Shown here: one piece after another, positions 18,381-27,745 of the stretch
How positions within the stretch are numbered: the stretch's first letter is position 1
How the letters are laid out: each line of letters begins with the position of its first letter
DNA from: Candidatus Saccharimonadota bacterium
GTDB taxonomy: Bacteria; Pseudomonadota; Gammaproteobacteria; Enterobacterales; Enterobacteriaceae
Assembly (NCBI RefSeq): GCF_900128735.1
Contig: NZ_LT667503.1
Coordinates: forward strand, 150,001-182,000
DNA: 32,000 nt
Reading direction: 5' to 3'
Notes under the pieces: model-generated
Database searches by the model: none
The model's input: the letters and a program-made list of their open reading frames with translations, nothing else
What the model was told of the DNA's origin: nothing
Program-made: the position numbers and the translations under genes

Positions 18381-19535
18381 TTAGTTTTTTTTACGTAAAA
18401 AAGCGGGTATATCTAAAAAATTTCTTTCAAGACGATTATTTGAAGTAATATTTTTTTCTTTTATTGTTTTTTCGGTATAAGAATTTTTTATTTTTTGTTT
18501 ATTAGTAGCGACGGAATTTTGATAACCTAGTAATGTTTCTCTAGATTTCTTATTATCTAAAAAAATCATTTCAGAATTTTGATCAGCACCTATACCAGTT
18601 GCTACTACAGTAACACGTAAAAATTCTTCCATTTTCGGGTCTAATGAAGTTCCAATGACGACAGTGGCGCTATCTGATGAAAATGCTCGAATTGTATTTC
18701 CGACTGTTTCAAATTCATCTAAACGTAAGTCAAAACCTGCTGTAATATTAACTAATACCCCTTTTGTACCTGATAAATCGATATCTTCTAATAATGGGCT
18801 AGAAATAGCAATTTCGGAAGCCTCTTCCGCTCTATTTTCGCCAGATGCTGATCCGGTTCCCATCATAGCATATCCCATTTCAGACATAACGGTGCGTACA
18901 TCAGCAAAGTCAACATTCATTAAACCTGGTCGTGTTATTAGTTCTGCTATTCCCTGAACTGCTCCTTTCAGTATATCATTAGCAGCTTTAAACGCGTCAA
19001 GTAAAGATATTCCTTTAGTAAGAACTTTTAATAATTTATCATTCGGAATTGTAATTAATGAATCTACAGATTTAGCCAGTTCATGTAATCCCTGTTCTGC
19101 AAAAATCATTCTTTTTTTTCCTTCAAAACTAAAGGGTTTTGTTACAACGGCTACCGTTAATATACCTAGTTCTCTTGCAATCTTAGCAATTATAGGGGCT
19201 GCTCCGGTTCCAGTGCCACCACCCATCCCGGCAGCTATAAATATCATATCCGCACCTTCAAGAGCTACTTTTAATTTTTCAGTGTCTTCTTCTGCAGCTG
19301 TTCTTCCGACATCTGGATTAGCACCGGCACCTAATCCTTTGGTGATATTATTTCCGATTTGTATTATTTGTCCTACTTCTATTTGACGTAATGCTTGGGC
19401 GTCAGTATTGACAGCAAAAAATTCTACTCCTTCTATTTTTTCACGAATCATATGTTCTACTGCATTACTACCACCACCACCTATACCGATCACTTTAATT
19501 ACTGCATCATTTTCTATATTAACTGGTTCAAACAT
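18381..19535 (-). CDS. ftsZ: cell division GTPase FtsZ
   Basis: 384-aa ORF. IKVIGIGGGGSNAV, GLGAGANP, the tubulin signature AAGMGGGTGTGAAP, the T7 loop NVDFADVRTVM and the conserved C-terminal peptide LDIPAFLRKK are present. It is noticeably more G/C-rich than its surroundings. Confidence 0.98.
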   Translation of the reverse strand: MFEPVNIENDAVIKVIGIGGGGSNAVEHMIREKIEGVEFFAVNTDAQALRQIEVGQIIQIGNNITKGLGAGANPDVGRTAAEEDTEKLKVALEGADMIFIAAGMGGGTGTGAAPIIAKIARELGILTVAVVTKPFSFEGKKRMIFAEQGLHELAKSVDSLITIPNDKLLKVLTKGISLLDAFKAANDILKGAVQGIAELITRPGLMNVDFADVRTVMSEMGYAMMGTGSASGENRAEEASEIAISSPLLEDIDLSGTKGVLVNITAGFDLRLDEFETVGNTIRAFSSDSATVVIGTSLDPKMEEFLRVTVVATGIGADQNSEMIFLDNKKSRETLLGYQNSVATNKQKIKNSYTEKTIKEKNITSNNRLERNFLDIPAFLRKKN

Positions 19536-19594
19536 AATTTTTTGTCCTTTTTTTTTATTGATAGAAGACAGATTGTTTTTGTGATTTTTTAAAT

Positions 19595-20842
19595 TTATAA
19601 TTCATGCTTTAACCAATTATATATTTGTCTAATCCAATGATGAATAACTCCTATTTTTTTTGGAATAACTTTTTTTTTATTTTTTTTTCCGTATTGTAAT
19701 AACCCGATTATTGTTGAATATTCTGGTTGCATAAATTTTTCTGGGATACCGGGTATATTTGGTTTTTTAAGAGAAACATTGATTTGAAATATTTTTTTAG
19801 CATACATGGATAATGATTTTACTTTTGATGCGCCACCGGTTAAAGCAATCCCAATTAATAGCTTCTTTTTGATTTCTTTGACACCTGAAATTAGTTCGAA
19901 ATTTAATATTTCGCGATTAACTAATTGTAATAGCTCAAAATATCTTGATTCAATTACTTCCACTAATTTATTATGCTGTAAATTTTTTATTTTCTCACCA
20001 TTTTTTTTAAATACTTCTATGTTGTTTTTTATGTTTCTTACATCACTAATCACTGATCCGTATTTTTTTTTTATAAATTCTGCGTCATAATAAGATAAAG
20101 AAAAAGCGTAAGCAATATCTTTAGTAACAATATCACCAGCATATGGAATAACAGCACTATGTCGTAATGATCCTTGAGTATAAATACTTAGATTTATTAT
20201 TTCTCTTCCAATATCTACTAAACATACGCCTAGTTTTTTTTCTTCCTCATTTAAAACTGCTTCACTGGAGGCTAATCCAGAAAAAATTATTTTTTTTACT
20301 TTGATACCGCATTTTTCAACTGCTTTTGTAATATTTTTTTCAATACTATGGCAAGAGGTAATTAAATGTACATTAGCTTGCATGCGTATACCAGAGAGTC
20401 CTAATGGATTTTTGATATTGGACTGTCGATCAATTGAAAATTCTTGTGGAATAATATGTGTTATTAATCGATCGTTTTTTATTTTTACTGATTGTGCTGT
20501 TTTAATAGCATTTTTAATGTCTTCGTGAGTAACTTCGTCTTTTTTTATTGGAACAACACCAACTTCATTTAAACATTCTATATCTTTATGTGAAACGGAT
20601 ACATAAGCAGATTTTATTTTATATTTTGCAAGTTCTTCAGCTTCATAAATAGATTTTTTAATGCATGAGATTAATAATTCTAAATTATTAATATGACCAT
20701 TTTCTATACCAGAAGATTTATTTTTACTAAAACCAATTATTTCAACTGTTTGGTTTTTTAGAATATTTCCGATTAATACTATAATTTTTTTAGATCCTAT
20801 TTCTAAGCCAACGATTATGTTTTTATTATTTGAAATACTCAT
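19595..20842 (-). CDS. ftsA: cell division protein FtsA (actin-fold; phosphate-2 motif degenerate)
   Basis: 415-aa ORF colinear with E. coli FtsA without indels through residue about 220. Matches include VGLEIGSKKI (phosphate 1), IPQEFSID, GLSGIRMQANVHLITS, IPYAGDIVTKDIAYAF, ALTGGASKV (adenosine motif) and the C-terminal amphipathic helix WIRQIYNWLKHEL. It lies immediately upstream of ftsZ, as in the dcw cluster. Confidence 0.95.
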   Translation of the reverse strand: MSISNNKNIIVGLEIGSKKIIVLIGNILKNQTVEIIGFSKNKSSGIENGHINNLELLISCIKKSIYEAEELAKYKIKSAYVSVSHKDIECLNEVGVVPIKKDEVTHEDIKNAIKTAQSVKIKNDRLITHIIPQEFSIDRQSNIKNPLGLSGIRMQANVHLITSCHSIEKNITKAVEKCGIKVKKIIFSGLASSEAVLNEEEKKLGVCLVDIGREIINLSIYTQGSLRHSAVIPYAGDIVTKDIAYAFSLSYYDAEFIKKKYGSVISDVRNIKNNIEVFKKNGEKIKNLQHNKLVEVIESRYFELLQLVNREILNFELISGVKEIKKKLLIGIALTGGASKVKSLSMYAKKIFQINVSLKKPNIPGIPEKFMQPEYSTIIGLLQYGKKNKKKVIPKKIGVIHHWIRQIYNWLKHEL

Positions 20843-22009
20843 TTTTAACCTGTATTTATGCTGATTCTTTTTTTTATAACTAATTTAAGAAGGTCCCCGT
20901 GAAATGGTGACGTTTGATTTATAATACATAGCAGTATTATTTTTTAGAAAGATTATATGTTTAATATTATATCTGGAATTTAAAGTATAATATCAAAGAA
21001 TAACAATTCTAATTGATTTTATTTTTTTTATAATCACGAATGATTGATTTTTTATTTTTTAAATATAGATTATTTGATAAAATTTATTTAATTATTATTT
21101 TTTTTGACATTAAAAAATAATCGTTAAAAGATATTAGTTTTTTATAAAATATAAATACAGCATATATTTGAGTAAAATATTGGCCTTTATTTCATTAATC
21201 TATATTTTAAAACTTGATTTTTTTTAAAAAAGCAAATAATAAAAAGGATATAGATTTTTATAAAATATGAATTATAGTTTCCCTATTGAAAAAATTTATA
21301 ACAATAATATTCTATAATATATAGAATCATTATGATCTTTTTTTATATTTTGAATCATTTTGATTAATTTTTTTTTATTTTTTTTATTATATAAAAATAG
21401 AGTTTTTTAAAATGTGAAAAATATTTTTTTTAAACGTATTATTGATTATAATTTTAAATTTGTTTTATACATAATTATACTTTTCTAGATGTAATTATTA
21501 TACGCTAATTATTTAATGGTTTATGATCTAATTACGATAAAATAATTTAATGATTTTTTAATGATTTAAAAAAATTTAAAATTGTTCTTTTAAATATTAA
21601 AAATTTTTAAGAAGATTTTATAGTTATAAAGAGATTTAATTTTTTCTTCTTAAAAAGAGAAATTTAATATAATTTTAAAAATTTATAATACATATTTTTT
21701 TTTAACATTTTTTTATTTTTTAAAATTTTCATAATTATTTATAAGATGATATAAAGTTAATATGAGAAATTTTGATAAATGTTTTTTTTATTTTTTTAAT
21801 TAAGGTAAAAATTTAACAAAACTATTATATGATCATTGTTATAGCTTTTAAAAAATTTATGATATTAAATAAAAATTTATATTTTATATTATAATATTTA
21901 GCAATTATAAATATTTATTGGTAATTATGGTATCGGATTGCTATATGATTTTTTTTGATCAATTAATATTTTTTTAAGTTTTACGTTTTTGTTCATTATT
22001 TATCTAGTG
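20843..22009. other. 1167-bp ORF-free A/T-rich spacer at the syntenic position of ftsL-ftsI-murE-murF-mraY-murD-ftsW-murG-murC-ddlB-ftsQ
   Basis: No ORF of 60 aa or more in any frame in the supplied track. It is flanked by rsmH and ftsA in the ancestral orientation. I could not recognise any Mur/Fts motifs by eye. Confidence 0.8.
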
Positions 22010-22936
22010 TTATCTTAACTCACATATACGTAATATTGCGCTACGTGCTCGAGGATTTTTTTGAATTTCAGAAATAGTTGGTTTAATTCTTTTGATAAAA
22101 CGTATTTTTTTTTTAGTTTGTTTTTTTATTTGTATTTCAGTTATTGGAAGTCCTTTTGGTATGGTAGGATGGGTGCTATTATTTTTAATAAATTTTTTTA
22201 CAATGCGATCTTCAATAGAGTGAAAACTAATAATAGCAATTCTTGATCCAGAACTTAGTAAATTAATAATTATTCTTAATATTTTTTTTAATTCTATAAT
22301 TTCTTGGTTAATATATATTCGGAAAGCTTGAAATGTTCTTCTAGCAGGATGTTTAAATTTATCGTATATCGGAATAGATTTTTTAATTACTTTTACAAGA
22401 TCTAACGTGCTTTTGATAATCTTTCTTTTATTTTGTAAGATAATGGCACGAGCAATTTTTTTTGCATATTTATCTTCACCAAAATTTTTTATTACCCACT
22501 CTATCTCTTTTAAATTTGTTTTTTTTAACCATTCACAGACAGAAATACCGATTTTAGGATTCATCCGCATATCTAAGGGGCCATCGTTCATAAATGAGAA
22601 TCCCCTACGATGAGAATTTAATTGTAATGAAGACATACCTAAATCTAATAATATTCCGTCTATTTTATTTTTATTTTTGACATTTTGTAAGTTTCTTTCA
22701 ATATTAGAAAATTTATCTAAAAATATTTTAAATCTTGGATCTTCTATTTTTTTTCCTATTTTAACAGCTTGAGGGTCTTGATCTAAACTATATAACTTAC
22801 CATCGATACCTAATTTTTTTAGTATTGCACGGGAGTGCCCACCGCCTCCAAATGTACAATCAATATATGTACCGTTTTTTTTAATTTCTAAATATTTTAT
22901 AACTTTTTTTGTTAAAACAGATGTATGTACCATCAT
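22010..22936 (-). CDS. rsmH: 16S rRNA (cytosine1402-N4)-methyltransferase
   Basis: SAM-binding YIDCTFGGGGHS, ILLDLGMSSLQL, RGFSFMNDGPLDMRM, KHPARRTFQAFRIYINQE, ISFHSIEDRIVK and NPRARSAILR match E. coli RsmH (MraW). The ORF-track start at 22954 is a TTG. The first ATG at 22936 is preceded by AGGGA and gives an N-terminus closer to the E. coli length, so I prefer it. The start is uncertain. Confidence 0.93.
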   Translation of the reverse strand: MMVHTSVLTKKVIKYLEIKKNGTYIDCTFGGGGHSRAILKKLGIDGKLYSLDQDPQAVKIGKKIEDPRFKIFLDKFSNIERNLQNVKNKNKIDGILLDLGMSSLQLNSHRRGFSFMNDGPLDMRMNPKIGISVCEWLKKTNLKEIEWVIKNFGEDKYAKKIARAIILQNKRKIIKSTLDLVKVIKKSIPIYDKFKHPARRTFQAFRIYINQEIIELKKILRIIINLLSSGSRIAIISFHSIEDRIVKKFIKNNSTHPTIPKGLPITEIQIKKQTKKKIRFIKRIKPTISEIQKNPRARSAILRICELR

Positions 22937-23029
22937 TTTTCCCTGGTAGATCAATTGCGGTTTACTTTTTTGATTAAATATTTTTTTTAAATAAATTAAC
23001 TTTTTTAAAATATATTTTTTAATACATTA

Positions 23030-23506
23030 TTACTTATTAATACTAATAACACCTGATCTTACGGTATCAATTACTAGGAATAATTTATTTGCAGTATCTA
23101 AAAAATCATTAATATTTTTACTGGTACCGAATATTTGTATAGTATAAGTTTGAGCGGTTATATATATTACGCTACCATGATATAATTTGATTAATTGTAT
23201 AATATCTATTTTTTTTTCATTTTCTTTTATATTAATTTTTATTAATAAAATTTCTCTTTCAATATATTGCCCTTGTTTCATTTCAGATACACGAAATACA
23301 TCAATTAATTTATGTAATTGTTTTTCTATTTGTTCTATGACCGTTTGATTTCCATGTGTTTGAATAGTTATTTTAGACAATGTCGCATCTTCAGTTGGAG
23401 CTACCGTTAAACTATCAATGTTATACCCGCGTTGTGAAAATAGCCCTATGACTCTTGATAGTGCTCCTGATTCATTCTCTAAAAGAATTGATAAAATTCT
23501 TTTCAT
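23030..23506 (-). CDS. ilvH: acetolactate synthase III small (regulatory) subunit
   Basis: The ORF-track N-terminal extension (from 23542) overlaps ilvI. The ATG at 23506 gives [40 protein letters not shown], versus E. coli [46 protein letters not shown], combining the ilvI stop with an SD, lies 9-13 nt upstream. Confidence 0.95.
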   Translation of the reverse strand: [158 protein letters not shown]

Positions 23507-23519
23507 AATATTAGAATCC

Positions 23520-25238
23520 TTAAGTTCTAAGTAACATTTCATTCATCCCGCCGTTTTTTATTTGCATGGGATAAATATGTTCTGAAGGATCGATATGTAT
23601 ATCTACAAAAACTAATGATCCTTGCTTAACGATTTTTATTGCGTTTAATAAATTTTTTTGAATATTATCAGATTTGTTAATAGTAATACCGATATGTCCA
23701 TATGACTCAGCTAATTTTACAAAATTTGGTAATGATTTCATATACGAATGTGAATGTCGTCCAGAATATATCATATCTTGCCATTGTTTCACCATACCTA
23801 AAGCTTGATTATTTAGATTTATTATTAAGACAGCTAAATTATATTGTTTTGCTGTTGATAGTTCTTGTATATTCATTTGAATACTGCCATCACCAGTGAT
23901 ACAAATAATAAGTTCATTAGGAAAAGCTATTTTTACTCCTAATGCAGCTGGAAGACCAAAACCCATAGTTCCTAATCCACCTGAATTAATCCAATGTCGT
24001 GGTTTATTAAAACAATAATATAATGCAGTAAACATTTGATGCTGCCCAACATCAGCGGTAATATATGCATTACCTTGAGTTAGTAAAGATAATTCTTTAA
24101 TAATACATTGAGGTTTAATAAAATTTGGTGAAACCTTGTATTTTAGACAATTAATATTTTTCCATTTCTTAATTTTTTTCCACCATTCAGATAAATAATT
24201 TTCTTTCCTTTTAGGATAATGGATTTTTAAAAGGTATAGCATTTCTTTTAAAATCATTTTAGCATCACCAACAATAGGAATATTAGCTGTAATAGTTTTA
24301 GAAATAGAAGTAGGATCAATATCTATGTGTATTACATGTGCATTGGGACAATATTTTCTAGCATTATTGGTAGTACGATCGTCAAAACGAACTCCGATAG
24401 CTAAAATAACATCAGATGAATGTATAGCCATATTAGCTTCATAAGTTCCATGCATACCTAACATGGATAAGTTTTGTGGATGATTACCAGGAAAAGCGCC
24501 TAATGACATTAAAGATAAAACAACCGGAACATTTAACTTAACTGCTAATTTTTTTATTTCTAAATGACTATTAGAACAGATTACCCCCCCACCAGCATAA
24601 ATAATTGGTTTTTTAGCTTTGATAAAAATTTTTAAAGCTTTTTTGATTTGACCTATGTGTCCTTTAATAATAGGATTATATGATCGAATATTAATAAAGT
24701 CTGGCCATAAATATTTTTTTTTTATTTTTTGGTTTAAGATATTTTTAGGTAAATCTATGACTACTGGTCCTGGTCGACCACTAGTAGCTAATAAGAAAGC
24801 TTTTTTAAAAATTTTTGGTATTTTTTCTGTTTTTTGTACTAGAAAACTATGTTTGACAATTGGCCGAGAAATTCCGATCATATCACATTCCTGAAATGCA
24901 TCGTAACCAATTAATTCAGAAGAAACTTGACCTGAAATGATTAATAAAGGAATAGAATCCATATACGCTGTTGCAATTCCAGTAATAGCATTAGTAGCTC
25001 CAGGTCCTGAAGTAACTAATACAACACCCAGATTTCCAGTAGCTCTAGCATAACCATCAGCCATATGCGTAGCACCTTGTTCATGTCTTACTAGAATGTG
25101 TTTTATTTTTTTTTTTCCAATGGTTTTAAATGCATCATATATATCTAATACAGCTCCTCCTGGATACCCAAACACTGTAGTAACATTTAAATCAATTAGT
25201 GATTGAATGACCATTTCAGCGCCTGATAGTAAATTCAT
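23520..25238 (-). CDS. ilvI: acetolactate synthase III large subunit
   Basis: 572-aa [68 protein letters not shown] and the ThDP motif [12 protein letters not shown] are present. AAGGA SD lies about 7 nt upstream. It is followed by ilvH. Confidence 0.97.
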   Translation of the reverse strand: MNLLSGAEMVIQSLIDLNVTTVFGYPGGAVLDIYDAFKTIGKKKIKHILVRHEQGATHMADGYARATGNLGVVLVTSGPGATNAITGIATAYMDSIPLLIISGQVSSELIGYDAFQECDMIGISRPIVKHSFLVQKTEKIPKIFKKAFLLATSGRPGPVVIDLPKNILNQKIKKKYLWPDFINIRSYNPIIKGHIGQIKKALKIFIKAKKPIIYAGGGVICSNSHLEIKKLAVKLNVPVVLSLMSLGAFPGNHPQNLSMLGMHGTYEANMAIHSSDVILAIGVRFDDRTTNNARKYCPNAHVIHIDIDPTSISKTITANIPIVGDAKMILKEMLYLLKIHYPKRKENYLSEWWKKIKKWKNINCLKYKVSPNFIKPQCIIKELSLLTQGNAYITADVGQHQMFTALYYCFNKPRHWINSGGLGTMGFGLPAALGVKIAFPNELIICITGDGSIQMNIQELSTAKQYNLAVLIINLNNQALGMVKQWQDMIYSGRHSHSYMKSLPNFVKLAESYGHIGITINKSDNIQKNLLNAIKIVKQGSLVFVDIHIDPSEHIYPMQIKNGGMNEMLLRT

Positions 25239-25486
25239 AGTATAGTCCTTTTTTAAAATTTATTTTTTAAAAAATTATTAACTAAATTAAAAAGAAAAGT
25301 TTAATAATATTGGTAATTGAATAAAAAAAAATTTAATTACTTTAATAAAGTAAATGTATTATTTTTAATAAAAAAATTTTTTTTTCTTTTCTTATATATT
25401 TTAAACTAATTTTTTCTAGATTACAGATTATTATAATACTTAATAGTATCATAATTTGATAAGAAGTTTTTTATCGAATATTTTTA

Positions 25487-25504
25487 CCGCCTTATGACAG
25501 GCGG
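25487..25504. other. G/C-rich 6-bp hairpin CCGCCT-(TATGAC)-AGGCGG, 60 nt downstream of dapD stop and about 250 nt upstream of ilvI start
   Basis: Read directly. It is the only all-but-one G/C stem in any spacer of the window. A T5 run precedes it and an A5 run follows it on either strand, which is the reverse of the canonical terminator arrangement. Confidence 0.25.
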
Positions 25505-25564
25505 CTAAAAATAACATTTGTATATTTTATTAATATCAATATGTATTTTTATTAATAATAAAAA

Positions 25565-26386
25565 TTAATTTTCACGAAGTAATAAATTTAGTTCGGTTTT
25601 TTTTAATGTTTTATAATCGACTCTTTTGACAATAACAGCGCAATATAAATTTATTTTTTTATCTTTTGAAGGAAGGGAACCTGGAACTACTACAGAACCG
25701 CTAGGGACTTTTCCATAAAAAATAGTTTTTGTTTCACGGTCATAGATTTTTGTACTTTGACCAATATATACACCCATGGAAATAACAGATCCTTGACCAA
25801 CTATTACTCCTTCTACTATTTCAGAACGAGCGCCAATAAAACAATTATCTTCGATAATGGTAGGGTTATTTTGTAAAGGTTCTAATACTCCGCCTATACC
25901 AACTCCTCCGGATAAATGAACATTTTTTCCAATTTGAGCGCATGATCCAACTGTAGCCCATGTATCAATCATACTATTTTTTCCAATATTTGCTCCTATA
26001 TTAACAAAACTAGGCATTAATATCACATTTTTATCAATAAAAGAACCGTATCTAATTGTTGCATAAGGTATAATTCGAATATTATCAGTAATAAATTTTT
26101 CTTTATTATATTTTTTATATTTTAATGGTATTTTATCGTAGTATGTATTTTCGGCACATTTAAAGATTTTATTTTTTTTAGAATATAAGTATAAAAGTAC
26201 AGATTTTTTAATCCACTGATGAGTTATCCAAATTCCATTAATTTTTTCAGATACTTTAATTTTTCCTGCGTTTAATAAAGATATAGATTTTTTTATTATT
26301 TCTTTTTCTTTTTTTTGAATTATATAGTTTTTTATTTTATTTTTTTTATCATAAATAAAATCTATATTTTTTTTTAGTTCTAACAT
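25565..26386 (-). CDS. dapD: 2,3,4,5-tetrahydropyridine-2,6-dicarboxylate N-succinyltransferase
   Basis: 273-aa [16 protein letters not shown] and [58 protein letters not shown] are almost identical to the hexapeptide-repeat core of E. coli DapD. Confidence 0.97.
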   Translation of the reverse strand: MLELKKNIDFIYDKKNKIKNYIIQKKEKEIIKKSISLLNAGKIKVSEKINGIWITHQWIKKSVLLYLYSKKNKIFKCAENTYYDKIPLKYKKYNKEKFITDNIRIIPYATIRYGSFIDKNVILMPSFVNIGANIGKNSMIDTWATVGSCAQIGKNVHLSGGVGIGGVLEPLQNNPTIIEDNCFIGARSEIVEGVIVGQGSVISMGVYIGQSTKIYDRETKTIFYGKVPSGSVVVPGSLPSKDKKINLYCAVIVKRVDYKTLKKTELNLLLREN

Positions 26387-26529
26387 GTTAATATATAACC
26401 TTTCTAGAAGTATAAACAGTTTAATTCTATTTATTTTTTTGTTAATTTGTATATCATGATATAGTTCATGCGGTTTGATAAGATAATTATATAAATTTTT
26501 ATTAAAAAATATAAAATTATTTTGACGAT

Positions 26530-27321
26530 TTAAGAATTAATAAAAATTTTTGGAATATTTTCATCTTTTTGTAAAGTAAAAATTTCACAACCTGTATCGG
26601 TTACTAAAATAGTATGTTCATATTGAGCAGATAATCCATTATCTTTTGTTTTTACTGTCCATCCGTCACTGCAGCAGTATACATCTGATGATTTTTCATT
26701 TATCATTGGTTCAATAGTAAATGTCATTCCAGGTTTTAAAATTGTATCATGATCAGAGTTTTCATAATGTAATACTTGTGGTAATTCATGAAAATTTTTT
26801 CCGATTCCATGTCCACAATATTCTTTAACTATAGAAAATCTACTTTTTTGAACATAATTTTGAATACTTTTTCCAATTATAGAAATTGGAATTCCGGGTT
26901 TAATATTTTTTAAGGCTATATAGAGACTTTTTTTAGCAATCTCGCATATTTTTTTTTTTTTTTGGTTAACTTTACCTACAAAAAACATTTTAGAAGCATC
27001 GCTATAGTATCCGTCTTTAATTATTGCGACATCTATATTAACTATATCTCCTTCCATTAAAAAAGTATTTTTATCAGGAATTCCATGGCATACTACGTCA
27101 TTAATTGAGATACATATAGATTTTGGAAAATTAAGATATCCTAAACATGCCGGTATAGATTTTCTTTTTTCTGTTATATAACGATGACATAGTAGATTAA
27201 TTTCATTGGTAGACGTTTGCGGTTGAACATAATTTGTAATCATTTCTAATACATTAGCAGTAATTTGACCTGCTATACGCATCAGTTTTATTTCTTTTTG
27301 ATTTTTTAAGGATATTTTCAT
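26530..27321 (-). CDS. map: methionine aminopeptidase (type I)
   Basis: 263-aa ORF. All five metal ligands are alignable: D in VNIDV, D in YSDASKMF, H in CGHGIG, E in FTIEPM and E in [18 protein letters not shown] is also present. It is divergent from rpsB, as in E. coli. It contains an in-frame A15 tract. Confidence 0.96.
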   Translation of the reverse strand: MKISLKNQKEIKLMRIAGQITANVLEMITNYVQPQTSTNEINLLCHRYITEKRKSIPACLGYLNFPKSICISINDVVCHGIPDKNTFLMEGDIVNIDVAIIKDGYYSDASKMFFVGKVNQKKKKICEIAKKSLYIALKNIKPGIPISIIGKSIQNYVQKSRFSIVKEYCGHGIGKNFHELPQVLHYENSDHDTILKPGMTFTIEPMINEKSSDVYCCSDGWTVKTKDNGLSAQYEHTILVTDTGCEIFTLQKDENIPKIFINS

Positions 27322-27745
27322 GGTTTTAAGTTATAAAAAAATTAGTAAGCATAAGTTTTTTTTATTAGAAAAATATTATTTATGTTGTTTATAGTATTGG
27401 TTTTAAATATAATTCTTTTAATCAAGTTATTTTTTTAATTTTATATTAGAAGTTATCTGAAATATTTATAGTAATTTATAAAATTTTTTATATAAATTTA
27501 CAGGTATATAGTTTTTTTTATATAAAGGATTATTTATACTATACTATAGTATATAGTCATTATATAATAAAGATTATATATGAAAATTATAAAATTTTTT
27601 TTTAATCTATATAATTAAAAAAGAAATTTTTTTATTTATAGTTCTTGTAAAAATGAGTAATATATATAACATAAAAAATTTTTAAGTGATTATTTATTGA
27701 TTTTATACAATAAAAATATTTTTTAAAATATACTCGAGGGGTATA

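Noticed and set aside
21925-21996. A 23-codon ORF (MNKNVKLKKILIDQKKSYSNPIP) starting 14 nt after the rsmH stop, at the position where ftsL begins in E. coli. It was considered as a truncated ftsL relic.
   Set aside because: It shows no similarity to the FtsL N-terminus, has no transmembrane segment, and is too short and low-complexity to distinguish from chance.
23507-23542. N-terminal extensions suggested by the ORF track for ilvH (from 23542), tsf (GTG 28541), aceF (TTG 14342) and rsmH (TTG 22954).
   Set aside because: Alignment with the E. coli N-termini and the positions of SD-like motifs favour the internal starts: 23506, 28601, 14357 and 22936. The ilvH extension would overlap ilvI.
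27540-27553. A perfect 14-bp palindrome, TATACTATAGTATA, in the map/rpsB divergent spacer, considered as an operator-like site.
   Set aside because: It is embedded in a TATAC/TATAG low-complexity run with only two G/C pairs. Such A/T palindromes are expected by chance here, and no cognate regulator is evident.
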